Origin: Phoronis australis
Taxonomy: Eukaryota; Animalia; Phoronida
Length of the DNA: 64,000 nt
Direction of reading: 5' to 3'
NCBI GenBank assembly: GCA_002633005.1
Contig: NMRA01000858.1
Coordinates: forward strand, 54,262-118,261
Shown here: positions 49,801 through 62,792 of the stretch, piece after piece
Position numbering within the stretch: the stretch's first letter is position 1
Layout of the letters: each line of letters opens with the position of its first letter
Position numbers and translations under genes: made by a program
The notes under the pieces: generated by a model
The model's input: only the letters and a program-made list of their open reading frames with translations
What the model was told of the DNA's origin: nothing
The model's database searches: none

Positions 49801-50712
49801 GGGTTTTTAAAATCTCCTTCCTTACGAGATTATCATTTATCTTTTTAGTTGGTAACATACGTTTACTACAGAACACTAATACAATAAAGTTATCGAATAA
49901 ACAAATACACAAACAGGCAGAATAAATAAACTAGTAACCGGAATGAATACAATAAATAAGAACCTGTAGGCTATGGATAACTTCGTAAATTAAAACTTAT
50001 CTCCATGGTGGTCCACGGAGAAATGGTATAAAAGGAACTATGATAGCAAACCAGCTACTTAAAATATTATGCAGGACCCGTATTTAGTCAAATAACCACG
50101 AAACTATAGATTTTAACCAGGGAAACGCGTATAATTTCTGAAAGTAAAAAGCTAGTAGAATCTGATTTTTGAATTTTAGCAATCTGACATCAATTGGGTC
50201 ACGTGACCATGTTTTTTATGTAAGGTTCAGCAAAAATGAAAATGAATCGAAAGCATCACAAAGGTATCAATAATATAAAAGTTCAAGACGAATCTCAAAC
50301 ACGCTGTTAAAATTCTCTAAATTATCATTTTTTAGTTTTATACAACTTTGGATTTTTCATGAAAATAATAAAAATCCAATTTTTTGATATCCCGTCATTC
50401 AAAGGTATGGCATTTAAAAACAATTCCTGTCTTCGTTTTGTAGAGCAGAATCCGAAACTTTCACATAAATCCAATTACCCATTTCTGAGACACGATGTTC
50501 TGAAGTTAGCCAAATTTCAACATTTTTCTAACGTGAGACTGTTCTTGGCTTTTTCAGTTAAAGTGTTTCAGCGTGTATGTATAATACAAGACACAATGTA
50601 AGCAACTGTACACTGACCTACCCCAGCAGAAGGAAATCATAGACATCAGAATTAGGACGGGGAGAAACTGCAGGCAAACTCCAGTTGAGTTATTATTAGT
50701 TAAACTGTAATC
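43861..50712 (-). CDS. LDL-receptor class A domain single-pass receptor, LDLRAD3-like (signal-like exon, 3 LDLa, TM, cytoplasmic tail with 2 PPxY)
   Basis: Exons 50712-50622 (...VCLQFLPVLILMSMISFCWG), 49351-49238 (CDRLGYRCQVGESCIDVAQRCNGVKDCRLGDDENGC), 49024-48902 (CAPTAFRC...CIPKANVCNGFKDCLNGEDEIRC), 48119-48000 (...HCDGITDCPCGDDEAKC), 46456-46277 (TM WLGPAVGGAFIGMCCLSSIINIW), 45690-45557 (PPPYTE), 44270-44165 (PPPPYSS), 43946-43861 (stop). Phase-1 symmetric LDLa exons; start exon unresolved. Confidence 0.8.
46924..47142. mobile_element. Fold-back pair of tRNA-derived SINE sequences (pseudo-tRNA at 47019-47092)
   Basis: Cloverleaf-like GTCTCGATAGCTCAGTCTACTGGAGCTTCTGCACGGTTAGCAGAAGGCCTGGGGTTCGAGTCCCGGTCGAGGCA with A/B boxes plus a 3' tail. 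An inverted, 5'-truncated copy lies directly upstream (46924-47016). Confidence 0.75.
47170..47416. mobile_element. MITE-like element
   Basis: Inverted termini catgcacgcacc / ggtgcgcgcatg and a G-run/C-run subterminal hairpin; TSD not evident. Confidence 0.4.
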
Positions 50713-52883
50713 CTGTGAAATAGAAATAAGTCGAAAGGGAAGTAGTTCTGCTTTGAATTAACAAGATGACGTTTCGGCAATTTCATTGAAAGTTTATAGA
50801 AAGAAAACGTTACTAATTCTCAAGCTGCGTTTGTCACTGTTAAGCTGGGTTTTAAAAACATAACCGCGCTTATCCAATCTTTAATTATTACTCAAAGAGG
50901 TGACAAATAAAGCCACAGGCAACGTGAAGGTGGGCCCACTTTAGAATCCTTAACTGCAGACATGGCCAGTCCCAATAAACTCTGAAGTGTTTTTCGTTAA
51001 GTAGGCAACGCAATCGTGAGACCGAATTTGACAGTGAAAAATTATAATTTAATTTTCGATTTTTAGACAGCTAAACAGGTCCAAATGTAGCTTCAAAATA
51101 CACAGGCACGCAACATTATTGATAACAATAATGGAATTGACATAAACAAGATCTACATATACAGGTCTACTGGCATATTTAATGGGGGTACATCAATTCA
51201 AAATATGTGCACGAATTTTGAAATTGACAAAAAGACAAATGTACACATCAATTTATTTACAGGCATCAATTCACGGCCGGGATTACCTTCTCTTAGAAAT
51301 CGAGCCATGCTATGCTTTCAAGTACCTGGTTTTAACGCCCATGCTCAATTTGTAACAGACGTTTCACCAGCTTTTTGCCTAGTTTGCGAAATTTCTGGCC
51401 GTAGGCTGAAGAACCTTATACACTATACCCCTTGGAAAAAACGAGCAAAATTTACAGGTGTCAGCGCAAGGGAGTCCATCGCGGCCGATTCTGGCAGACA
51501 GCATTTCCCAAAACCATTCACTATCAGTAGGCTACTCACCCGACCGATTCTCATCTTACATGTCATACAGTGCGGACATCGTGCACTCAGCTGTTATCTC
51601 GTTCAGCATGCCGAGTTGTGATACACAACTTTTAATGGCATTCCAATAGCCGAGCAGTGTGGGGGTTGGTAATACGACAGAAGACACTTCTATTATCCAT
51701 GGTCCGAGATACGTAGTCTTCAAACGAGTCAGTATAAGTGAATGTGAATCATTTAAAGGATTTACAGACGCGGATTTTTTCCGGCATCTTCACGCTTACC
51801 TTCACCACAGGTAACGACGGCCGACGTGACAGAAACGTCAGAAGTGACCGACTCACATTCCTTTCCGAAACGTCTGCAAGTACGAGTCCCGTTTGGAACT
51901 GATTTATTGTGTTTACAAAATGATTTTGTGCCCGATTTGTGATACAGTATGGGTATTCTTTTATGATATAAAAGAAATGGATAGTTCCGACAGCAAACCG
52001 TTAATCCGGGTGCGGAAAAATGTTCACTACAATTGTCCTCCAGATTGTCCCACAAGCATCCGTAGTTGATTAAAGGTGGGGGAGACACTGGCCCAGGCGG
52101 CAGTATGCCTCCAGTGGGAAAACATATGTCACAACAGGCCTCCCCCGAAACCTACGGCCCTTTTCGTATCACAGAAATGCAATACAAGTTTATACCATAA
52201 CTAATCTCCCCAACACATACACACTCAAGTACAAATATATTTATTTCCTGGGAAACGTTACAATATGAAGTTACCGTTACCGGTATTTGTCACTAATCTA
52301 GAAGAAGATTGAGCTGAAAAGCTTGTACAAAAAAAACCTGCTGGATTGAAGAAACTGCCCACCGAAAAAGAACACAAACGTACTACACGTTTCCAACATC
52401 TGACTAATTGTTATCACTGCAAATTAACAGCTAACAGTCTTCTGAATATTTTTCTACACTTTTCCCTTAAATGTCGGTAGCGATTACACAAAGAGGTTAG
52501 AATTAATAATTCTACAGCCAAATAAACACACACAAAACATACTTTTTAGAAGTAAACCTAAGGAATGAGGTATGGTCAAGTAGAGTTGTAGTAAATCTTT
52601 GACATAGTTGGTTCAAATCAGCGAGACAGTGAAATTTTGATCTGTACATCATTTTATGAAGTCTGAGAAAGGAGTGCTTATTGATATAACTACTTTCTAA
52701 CTGTAAACCAGTGAGATACATTTATATCAGCGTCTGCGAAGTAAGTAATCAGAAGACTAGAGAGCAAGAATGTAACCTTCTGCCATTCATTTAAAAGTCT
52801 TCAATTCAACATTTGAACACATTCCTTAATGGAATTTTTACACCATTATGGTATGCAGCAAATCAACTGCAGAAATCCCGCGA

Positions 52884-55800
52884 TCAGGATAAACCAAAGA
52901 TCTTGAGATGTCTGTCCATACTGACTGAGGCTAGGAAAGTGGCGTTGGCACCGAAGCGCACCCCTGTGGCCAACGAGGTGTGGGCGTTGAAGGCAGACAG
53001 ATCCTGCCACTGTTTGCACAGGTAGACCCTGTATGGGAAGGAACATATAGATTAAAGGCAATAAAATACCAACAACTGTTCATGTCTACTATCATTATTT
53101 TACAAAACAAGAGCAATGCATCAACTGCACTGCAAATGGTATGTTTCTAATCTAGGAGTATTTATTAGTATCATAGGTGGAGCTGAATATGTCAAACACG
53201 TCAGGCAGGTGTCATTGTCTCCTTAATACTATTGCCCAATTTCATGAAAATCCCATCACTGCAGACATGAAGGCAAACGAAAGAAAAGATAATTGCCACT
53301 AGGAGGCATAGCGGTAGCTGGATCTGCCCAAAATGTTGTCATATATTATCACACCAATAGGAATGCTCTTGCAAGGGGCATAGGTGATACAATCGTGGAT
53401 GTAAAAACACCACTAGGGGCACCACAGTATTCGGACCTGTTTTAGCAGGAATACATACACCAAGTTTCACAACAACCCTTCGTGTGGTTAGACAGAAACA
53501 AAAGCAGATGGCAAAAAACAGACATGTAAATAAAAAACCTCCAAGTGGTGAAAAGTACATTGAATCTGCTCGAAAATGAGAAGGGGTTGTCCTCTCCTTG
53601 ATAGAACCTATTTGCCGAATTTCATGTAAATCAACATGGGATTCTAAAGATACAGAGGGAACCGTAAAAATACTTCAACTGCTACTGGTGGCGCAGTGGG
53701 AGTCAGGTCTGTTTAAAAGATGTTGTCTCCCGAAGTCATGTCCATAGAAGCACATCTTCCAAATTTCGCGAGAGTTTTTGTGGATACGGCGGCAGCGGAT
53801 GGTGGACAGAGATGATGGCAATACCCAACCACACACACATATGTGGATGGTGGACAGAGATGATGGCAATACCCAACCACACATACATATGTGGATGGTG
53901 GACAGAGATGATGGCAATACCCAACCACATATACATATGTGGCTGCATAAATATAATCTTTACCCATAATATCTCAGTATTGCAAGATAATGGTTGGGCA
54001 CAATTTAAAACCATGTGTATTTAATCACCACTTAGTAATTTTAAGTACATTTGTTACATTCGTCTTACTGATCCAGGAAATTATCCGCTATGCCAGCAAC
54101 GCATCAGCAGCAAAATGTGCCCCTACCATGATTTGCAAAACACAAATTTAAAGCGAAGTGTTGCAGAGTAGAGACTATGAATATTACCTGACATCAGTAC
54201 CAGCCACAGCCAGGTAAGTACCGCTGTGATCAAAAGAGAGAGACCGCACCTGCAACACAGACATCACAAGATATGTTCAAAGTCACTTGAAAGAGTACAG
54301 CGACCCATGTGTCAATAATCAGACTATACTTCACCAACATCTACCGTCCCACTCCGTTAGTACTGAATAACGTTATCACGATGTAATTGGTAGCACATTG
54401 CAGTTTAACAATAATCTAACACATTTCTTTGATTAACCTGCAACCCGGAGTATATCCTAAGACACTTGGTACTTTGCTGAAATGAAATGGACACGTTTTG
54501 GAAACAATTGAGACAGCATTTCTGAATGATATCCCGAGTAAATTTTCACAACCTGGTCACAAATTCTATAACACTTTCGTGCCGCAGTACTCAGCTTCTG
54601 CATGGTAAAATATTTGTGAAGGTCTCACAACTTTCTGATTCCATGAACATTGTCTTTGGTCAAAGGAGTAAAATGAATTCACAAGAGTGATGGAAAAATG
54701 GGCATGCATAAAGAGCTAATCTATAGACTTTTTCTTGGAGTTTCAAACTACTCCTTGGACCTTCACCTCTGGTTTTCCAGATTATAATTTCTACAATTGT
54801 GACACACTTTCTGGTGTGTACTCCTCTGACAATTAGTTTGCCCTAAAGGTCTGGTAACTGTTACAGTGAATGACACAAGAGGTTACTAAAAGAACACAGT
54901 GCCAATGAGTAATGTCGGTGGTGTTACCTCATAGCGGTCATCCAATGAGATGGTCTTGAAGTTCTTCAGCTTACGCAAATCCCACAGTTTGACGACTGAG
55001 TCATCAGCAGACGTAGCCAGGTAGTAACCTGCAATAAACAGCAGAAATACACTGGTGCCTGTGTATTATCCGACAAACAACTGTACGACAGATGGAAGAA
55101 TGATCCATAAGCACAGAGGGTTTGTAGAATTCCTCGATATTAAGAATTTCTGATAGCAAGTCCTGGGTGTATACACGGGATATGGCAGATTTTCAAATAT
55201 AGGCCCATGGTTGTACAGGGCCTGTTTGTAGAAACTGGAAATTCTCAGTAAATATAAGGATGTCAACTTAGACAGAGGACTCACTCATATCTTCATGCAA
55301 TATGGTACCATCTTTAATTTAAACATCTCAGTTTTTCATGGAATGAGTTGTTTTTAATACAGTAAATCGGTGCTCTTAATTCCACACAACTTCACTGGAG
55401 GCTCTGGTTTGAAGTCGATTATGTAGACTTGATGTGATTTTTGTTGTACGTAAATTAAACTTGATCTTCATTGTCAGTTCGAACTTAAACGTTATTCCCC
55501 AGAATGTTACCTTTTGACTTCAGAATAATACCTGTAACTTCCTGAGATACAAGACATGCATACTCATATGGTGTAAACAAAAACCGGAAAGGGCTCCCCG
55601 CTGAGTTGCTAGGTAAGCTGACTGATTGGCCATGCTCCTCTAAGAACCAAGCATCATTCAGATCAGTCTAAGCGGTATTAGACAGACCTACCCTTGCACA
55701 TCCACAGTTCTCAGAGAAGACTTTATAGACTTCCCTTAAACACTACCAAAAATACCCACCGTTTTCAGAGAAGGCAATGCTGGAGATGGGACCAGAGTGG

Positions 55801-58800
55801 CCAGGGAAGTTGGCCACGTTGGCACGCTCCTTCAAGTCCCAGATCTTGATCATAGCGTCCTCTGTGCCAGTAGCAAAGATCAGACCATCAGGATGGAACT
55901 GGGCGCAGGTCAGTGCTGCAATACACACACACGAGAGGTAAAAGGGCAGTGTTTAAGCGCAAGTAAATGTTGATGAAGTAACTGTAGTTTCATAACTTTC
56001 TACATTCTTTTGAACAACTCACTGTGGATAAGAGTAAACTCGTTGTTTGTACCTGCATTTGACGAGCTGTCGGACACTTTTGTAAGAACGCTGCCAGTGC
56101 GCACATCAGAGAAGGCCCAGTTCTGCAAGATAAGAAAGACAGATTCTGTGATTCTTAGAATTTCTTTAATGAGGTGCATGAAGAACAGCTGTGTATTAAG
56201 AGGCACAACATTTGTAGAGTACAAGGCATTAACAAGAGGTCCATGAAACAGAAAGGGAACTTGAACTGTACAAAACTGTTGAGGCCCCACGCAGCACTAC
56301 CTTTGAAAAGTATCGTTTTGTTTCATGTTTTAGGCTAAAACGTTTTATTTCCATTCTTTAACAGGCCAAATAAACATTCCTCATTATAGCTGAAAGTTTC
56401 CCATTTTGACTTGACCTTATTAGCGCTGTGAAGGACATTTTAAGGTAGACTAGTGATAAACAGTGAGTTAAACCACTGAATGAGTGTATATATGGCTTAG
56501 ATTCACTCAAGATATTGAGACCTGCTTATGTCTTATGGCCAGCCAATCATTCAGGCCAAAACTTAAGATATTCCTTCCATCAGCTAGCGCACATACTGAG
56601 GTTTGTTAATCATATAAGAGAATTAACATAGCGACATTTGCACTTTTACTATGAATTGAACGAAGTCCAAAAACCAAAATTCAGAATCATCCAGCTTACA
56701 ACGCCATTTGGTTGACGCAACATTAGAAATATTCAAAATTGACATTAAAATTCTATATTAAATTGAGTTTACTGAAAAAATGACGATACGGACCATAAAC
56801 ATTATTTAAGACTTTTTGAGTAAAAATTCTTTTCATGAAATGTAAACTAAAATGAAGCAAGAATATTTAAAATTTTATGGTTTGTAAGTTTTGACACATT
56901 AGTTTACCATTGCCATGGTGTGTTGTCATGACTACACTACTCACAGTATCGGTGGAACAGCTCAGCAGGTAGTCGCCGGTGGCGTGCAGACTAATTCCTG
57001 TTACAGGTCCCTCGTGAGCGCGAATCATCTGGGCGCACTGGGCTTCCTGCACTCCCCAGACACGGATGGACGAGTCAGGAGAGGCCGAGAATACCAGCTC
57101 CTGCAGAAAGAAGGAAATAGACGGTGGTGACAAGGAGTGATGAATGGGGAGTCAAGCTCATAGCTGCATTTTGCAGAGAATATCAAGGACGTCATAAAAT
57201 ATTTAACATTCAAATAATACTTGATAAGTGGCCATAACATTATTTTGGTTGATAATTATAATGCTGTTTTCTGCTTGCACAATGCTTTGTGTTAACAATA
57301 CCACACCGGCATTGGCCTTCTGCAGTGAAGTGAAACACCAGGAATGCCATCTGATGTGCACCCCAGTTGTTATCCCTGTGATTTGAAAAAATCATTTTAA
57401 ACGTCCCTGGCTCTACTTATCACCCAACCAGTGGATTTTGGGACCCCCATAACAAATGACCTGTGTATAAACTCTGGGAAATATGGCACTTGAAATGCAA
57501 TAAGGACATATCCAGTGAGGGTAAAACCAACTGCACATCCCATTGTCTGGATGAGCTTGAATAAGAAAAGTGAAATCAGAGAGATGGTACAAAGCATTAA
57601 CACCAGGTGTCGCTAGTTCTTCCTTTCACCCACTCACCTCCTCTGGATGATAGATAACACTGGTCACCTTCTTGGAGTGACCCTTCAAGATGGCGATCAC
57701 CTGTTCAGTGTCTTTGTTGAACACAACGGCGTTCTTATCATTACCACCTGCAGAACAAAAATAGCTGACAAGTCTTTTTCATCGTCATCAACCTCATCAT
57801 CGTCAGTATTTGCTACATCATCAACAAAATTATCAATCAAGTATGTGTGAACAGCACATGGCCGTGAAGCATACATGCCAGTCTTTGACTGTATACCAAA
57901 ATGTACAGATTGCTTGAATGGATTTACTGTCTGCCTGATGCCTGTGTTCATTGAGACAGGTGTCACACATTGACAAGAGGTGGACTCACTGGCAACGGTT
58001 CACGGCATAGGATTTCAGAACAACATGGCTTGGATTTCTGTGTGAACAAATCGGCAGGCACACACCAGTGCGCTGTTCACAACCACGTTGTAAACTGGGA
58101 AAATGTGAAACTTTGGTCTCGGGATAGCACCAAGAAAACATGCGGATTCAGGGAAGTCTTTTGGTGTGAAATATCGCCACGTGACCGCAAGTCTACCCAT
58201 GAACTATCATTCTGAGGCCAACAAACCGGGTTGATCGAAAACGTTCAGTTTTATAATAAGCACTATCGTTGATTGTGGCAAGTGAAATTCGCTTTTCTAG
58301 TCAATCATCAATTGGATGAAATTACTGCATGAGATATTATTGTGGATTTTCTCAAACGTGCAACTAACAACTTGAGGATAAATGAAGTGCAACCAAACTG
58401 ATTCAGGGACTTACCCGTGACAATCCTTGAAGTATCCTTCAAGCAGATGTCCAGACAGAGAATACCAGGGACGCTGGGACTATGCAGGCCCTAACCAACA
58501 GAGGGAGCAGTCATGATGAAACACGAATTTAACCTTAACACACATGCACACACAGAGACCGAGCCTTTGAATACTAGATGACAGTGCCACAAAGCTAACA
58601 CAATTTGTCTCTCTGTTCAAAATGAACATGGCCACTAGATTTATTCATTGGAGACTATGTGAAATTTTTCCTTGAGGACCCGTTTCAAAAAGGAAGGGGT
58701 GCTTTCACAGAGAACTCAGAAGATTCTTCGAATGTCTCAAGAACAAGGGCACAAATAACCTCACTATCACGTACGGAGTGCTTTAACTGCCAAGCACTCT

Positions 58801-61800
58801 CAAAATGTCACACTGTGGTTTACATAGCTTTACTTCAAAACACTAATTTAGAAAAGTTGAGAATGTAAGGACGTTATTAAAACATCATGGAAGATAGCTG
58901 AGAAGAGCAGAGGAAACTGCTTCACACTTACGACGTGTGACGCCACCTGGCGGAAGTTACGCATGTCATCAGAATTGACCAGGCCCTCTGGAATTGTGCG
59001 CCCGCGCTGCAAAATAACATCTTCAGTTCACAAACAGCAAACTTCAATGGAAAAAGACAATTTGGCACAAAGTTAAGTAAACTACAAATGCAATGCAAGA
59101 ACTAAAACACTTACAGCTATCTTCGATTTTGGAACAACTTACTGAATCAGGTCTCATGAACATCCTCAAAATATTGGCAAACTGCACAAAATAAGGCCAG
59201 GCTGCACAGAATTCTGGTTTGTACATTTGTTACATTCCTTACTACAATATTTATCTATTGTCATTGGGATGCAGAGATAGTCAAAGCTGATGAAAATCGA
59301 CTCGTTCTCATATAATGGTGACAGATTTCGTTAAAACCTGTAGTCACTGACAATAAGGAATGGACAATGAATATCTTGTCAAAAAATAAAGTGACCACAA
59401 GGGGAGCTAAAGTAGTCAAATCCACCTTAAATCAACTGGTGCGTTCTCTGAGTGTCAAGTGTCATCAAGATCCGTCAATCTGTTCTCATATCACCCAAAA
59501 ATGCTTTTGAGATGGAATACCTTGCCATAACTAAAATGGCCACTAGAGGGAGGTAGTGCAGCAGAATTCACTAAGAAATCGACTGATGCCCAAAAGGGCC
59601 CCTCACAAACCTTTGTGTTATAAGACCCATCTATCACTCCTCTGAATATCATTACAGTGATTTCAAATTTTCAATCATAACATAGTAAAGTTTATATTCA
59701 AGGGTCATTGAAACCCCTCATATACATAGGTTAGTCAAAAAAAAAAAGCGAATCAGATGACATTTGAGTCATTTTTTGATATAAAATCTACTAGCAATAG
59801 GGAATGACTCAAGAGCCATCCGTTCTCTTCACGTAAGTTACTGGTTGCATGTGTAAAACATCAACAGAACCACGTAGTACACCACTTGGTCTCCCCAAGT
59901 TAAAAGTAATGCAATCCCAAACACATCTTTTTGTAAATTGACATATATTCTCTTATAATTTTGAAGTAGTTATTTCCTTAAACAAATAAACCTCAAGTCC
60001 ATTACTTCGCCTAAAATTAGAGTTCGGTCAATCTGTATGTCATGCTGAAAAATGATACATATAAACACTTGTTCTATAATTTTCTTAGTGAGCACAGCTT
60101 ACACTTTGTCCCAGCCAATCAGCAAGATCCCACCTACCTTCTTACGCTCCGTTGTAAGCTCGGCAGCTCGCTCCTGCAGCTTGTGCAGTACTTCGTCCGA
60201 CATGCCTGCCTCCTCCATTGGCTGGTCAGCTCTCTCAGCGCCTGCCTCTGCACCGTATGCCTACAGGGTGAACAAAAACCAATGGTGTAACAGATGGCAG
60301 AAGTGTAATATGCATGTAATGTGAATGTATACTCACCAGCAACTTTCTTTAAACACGTGAAGTTACATTTAACTAAGACAGTAAAAAAAAAAAACTCTCA
60401 TACCACAGTACTGCTGAGACGACAAGCAACTGATGTTAAAAACTGCTCAAGCCGAGGAACACCGTATTCTGCGAATTTTTTTAGTATCTCAGCAACAGCC
60501 GGTACCATTTGTACTGAGCTTTCACCAAATTCCGGTCCGAAAAGTGAACCTAACAACGCATAACTTACCGGTTGTGCTGGATATGCAGCAGGTGCGGCTG
60601 TGATTCCTGCTTGGGGCTTCAGCGTAGCCAGAGCTGTAGAAAGACAAAGGAGCATCTCATGTATAATGTCAAAGCGAGTCCAGCAAAGGTGGAGCAGAAA
60701 TGGCAGATGTCAAACACGGGTAACAGTATTTTGACAGGTAGGTAGCTAGAGTCCCAGTGCGGGTGCACTCCATGCGAAATGAAAAAATACCTGTCCATGC
60801 TTTGAAACTTACACTCATAGGCTGTAAATGAAGTCTACCATTAAGTGGCGCTTGGTTTGTCTAGTCGGCTATATGAAGTGAAGCCCTATGAGTCTAAATA
60901 CACAAATGCAATACAAGACAGCAATGAATCAACATGGCAAATTACCTTCTCTGGCGGCAGTCACTTCCTTGGTCAGCCTGGCAATCACGCGGCATGCGGC
61001 ATCATGCTGATAGAGGGCGTGTGACAACTCTGTAACATGGCAACAACAACATAAGGGATGATAGTGATGGTTGTTTTTCACACTGAATTATGCTGTATGT
61101 ATTTATTGTTTCTCAAAACCAGAAAATGAACAGCGTCACCATCAGAATGAATGAACAGCTACTTGAACATGTATGTTGCAAAACAATCGTTGATGATTTG
61201 TGACCAGAATTGTCTAATTTGATGGATTACTGTGTTGGTAATTATAAACGAAAAATATTAGAATTTGGGTATCAGCTACATAACTGAAATATGCTTGAAA
61301 TCTCCTATTCTATGAATGCAAGTAGTCAAAATTATGTCATTTCCCATTATTGCGAAAAACAAGTTAGAGTCTAATGTTATTGAGAAAGTTTTTCTTTACA
61401 ATCTTTTTCATGAAGAACCTATCGTGTTTACTTTCAACTCAGCTTGGGTATTGTGCTCACGAGACTGTGAAGTTATATAGTTCCCTGTTATTGCAAAACA
61501 CCAGAGTCTCTACTGCTGTTGAGAAAGTCTTTCCTTATAAACAATGTTTTGGATGAAGAACCTATCATGTTTACTTTCAACTCAGCTTGGATACTGTGCC
61601 TTCCACCAGCCATACATAGACACTTACCTTGTCTGGCGGTCTGGAGCTGTTGGCGGAGCGTGAAACTGTGAAGCATGACAGCATCCTACAAAGAACAAAA
61701 CCAATAGAGGACTAACTGCCTTACACATGTTCTAGTAAAATCTGTGCGGGGAAGGCACATTTTTTCAACCACTATCCGTAATTTTTAATTGCTACGGAAT

Positions 61801-62792
61801 GCAAGCAACCAAATTTTTTTTAAATCATGCTTGGTTATCATTACGTGAACTTGGGTAAGCTCTACAGGTCCTGCCAAACAAAACGTGACTGGGAATAAGA
61901 ATACTCAAGTCCTGTTTTCGAGGTCTAGCTTCCATAAGCCACATGTGTTGTTACCAACATATTTGATTGTTAGCCAAATTCCCATTAATGAATACAAATT
62001 AGGATATAATTAAAAGTGAGTTTAGATTATGCAGGCTTTTATTCTGAGCTATGCTAGTTAGTGCACAACAATGAAATCTTTCACTCTTATCACTTGTTTC
62101 AACAGTTCGGTGAATTTTAATAAGTGCTTACCCATTCATCTTGCAGACTTTTTAATATGGCAGGGATACTTGTGGCTGAGGGTGGTCTAGGTTTGGCCAC
62201 TGGAGTGGCTGGAAGCAAAACCATTCATTTAAATACAGTGTATCAACCCGAGACAAGCATGTACACAACCTTGAAAAACAAGAACACATGTACAAGGGAG
62301 ACAACTCTTGATGGAAAACATTTCCTTAAATTTCTGGACACAAACTAGAAGGATGTTTGCCTGAGAGGATCAGGAAATTTATGCAATTTACCTGAAAAAG
62401 CTAGTAGCTTGATGCAAATGGAGAGGTAATGGGTCACTAAGTCAAGGAGTTAGGGACACCTCAGCTGACTTCTCGGACAAATGATACTTTTTTAAGACAA
62501 AATATGTTTTTCAGCATTTAACTTCAAAACTGACTGACTTCATGTCAGGCACAACAAAGTTCAATTCCTTGAACACCTAAGCATAAATGTCAGGAAAGGT
62601 ACTGCCACGCAACATTCCACTATGTTTAACTACTCAGCCTACCTTTTATTTCTATCAGCATGTCTTCTGTCAAACGTTCCCCATTGATGGGATCGACTCC
62701 ATTCTCCCTGATAAACTTTTCCACAAGACGCCGCTCAAACACACTACCCGACACAGGGGAGACAACTGGGTGTTCAGGCACCTCATTGCTAA
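52884..62792 (-). CDS. PRPF19: Pre-mRNA-processing factor 19 (U-box, coiled coil, WD40); first coding exon not located
   Basis: 15 phase-consistent exons: 62792-62643, 62208-62132, 61685-61628, 61029-60946, 60633-60569, 60260-60138, 59006-58932, 58490-58415, 57747-57638, 57100-56945, 56122-56053, 55915-55760, 55028-54928, 54249-54188, 53028-52884 (TGA). Diagnostic [102 protein letters not shown]. Minus-strand AATAAA at 52240-52245. Confidence 0.97.
53190..53945 (-). mobile_element. Diverged Helentron/DINE-1-like repeat in the last PRPF19 intron, including a 3 x 48-bp tandem repeat (~53797-53940)
   Basis: Reverse-complement units (ccaatttcatgaaaatcc...gccactaggaggcata, accactagggggcacc) related to 11627-13180; ggatggtggacagagatgatggcaatacccaaccacacacacatatgt repeated three times at its 5' end. 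Confidence 0.65.
61379..61592. repeat. Local ~70-bp diverged direct duplication in a PRPF19 intron
   Basis: ttgagaaagt.tt.c.t.a.aa...t.ttt..atgaagaacctatc.tgtttactttcaactcagcttgg at ~61380 and ~61519. Confidence 0.7.

Noticed and set aside
53029-62642. Intronic snoRNAs in PRPF19
   Set aside because: I could not find convincing C/D or H/ACA box pairs with terminal stems by eye; an Infernal/Rfam scan would be needed.
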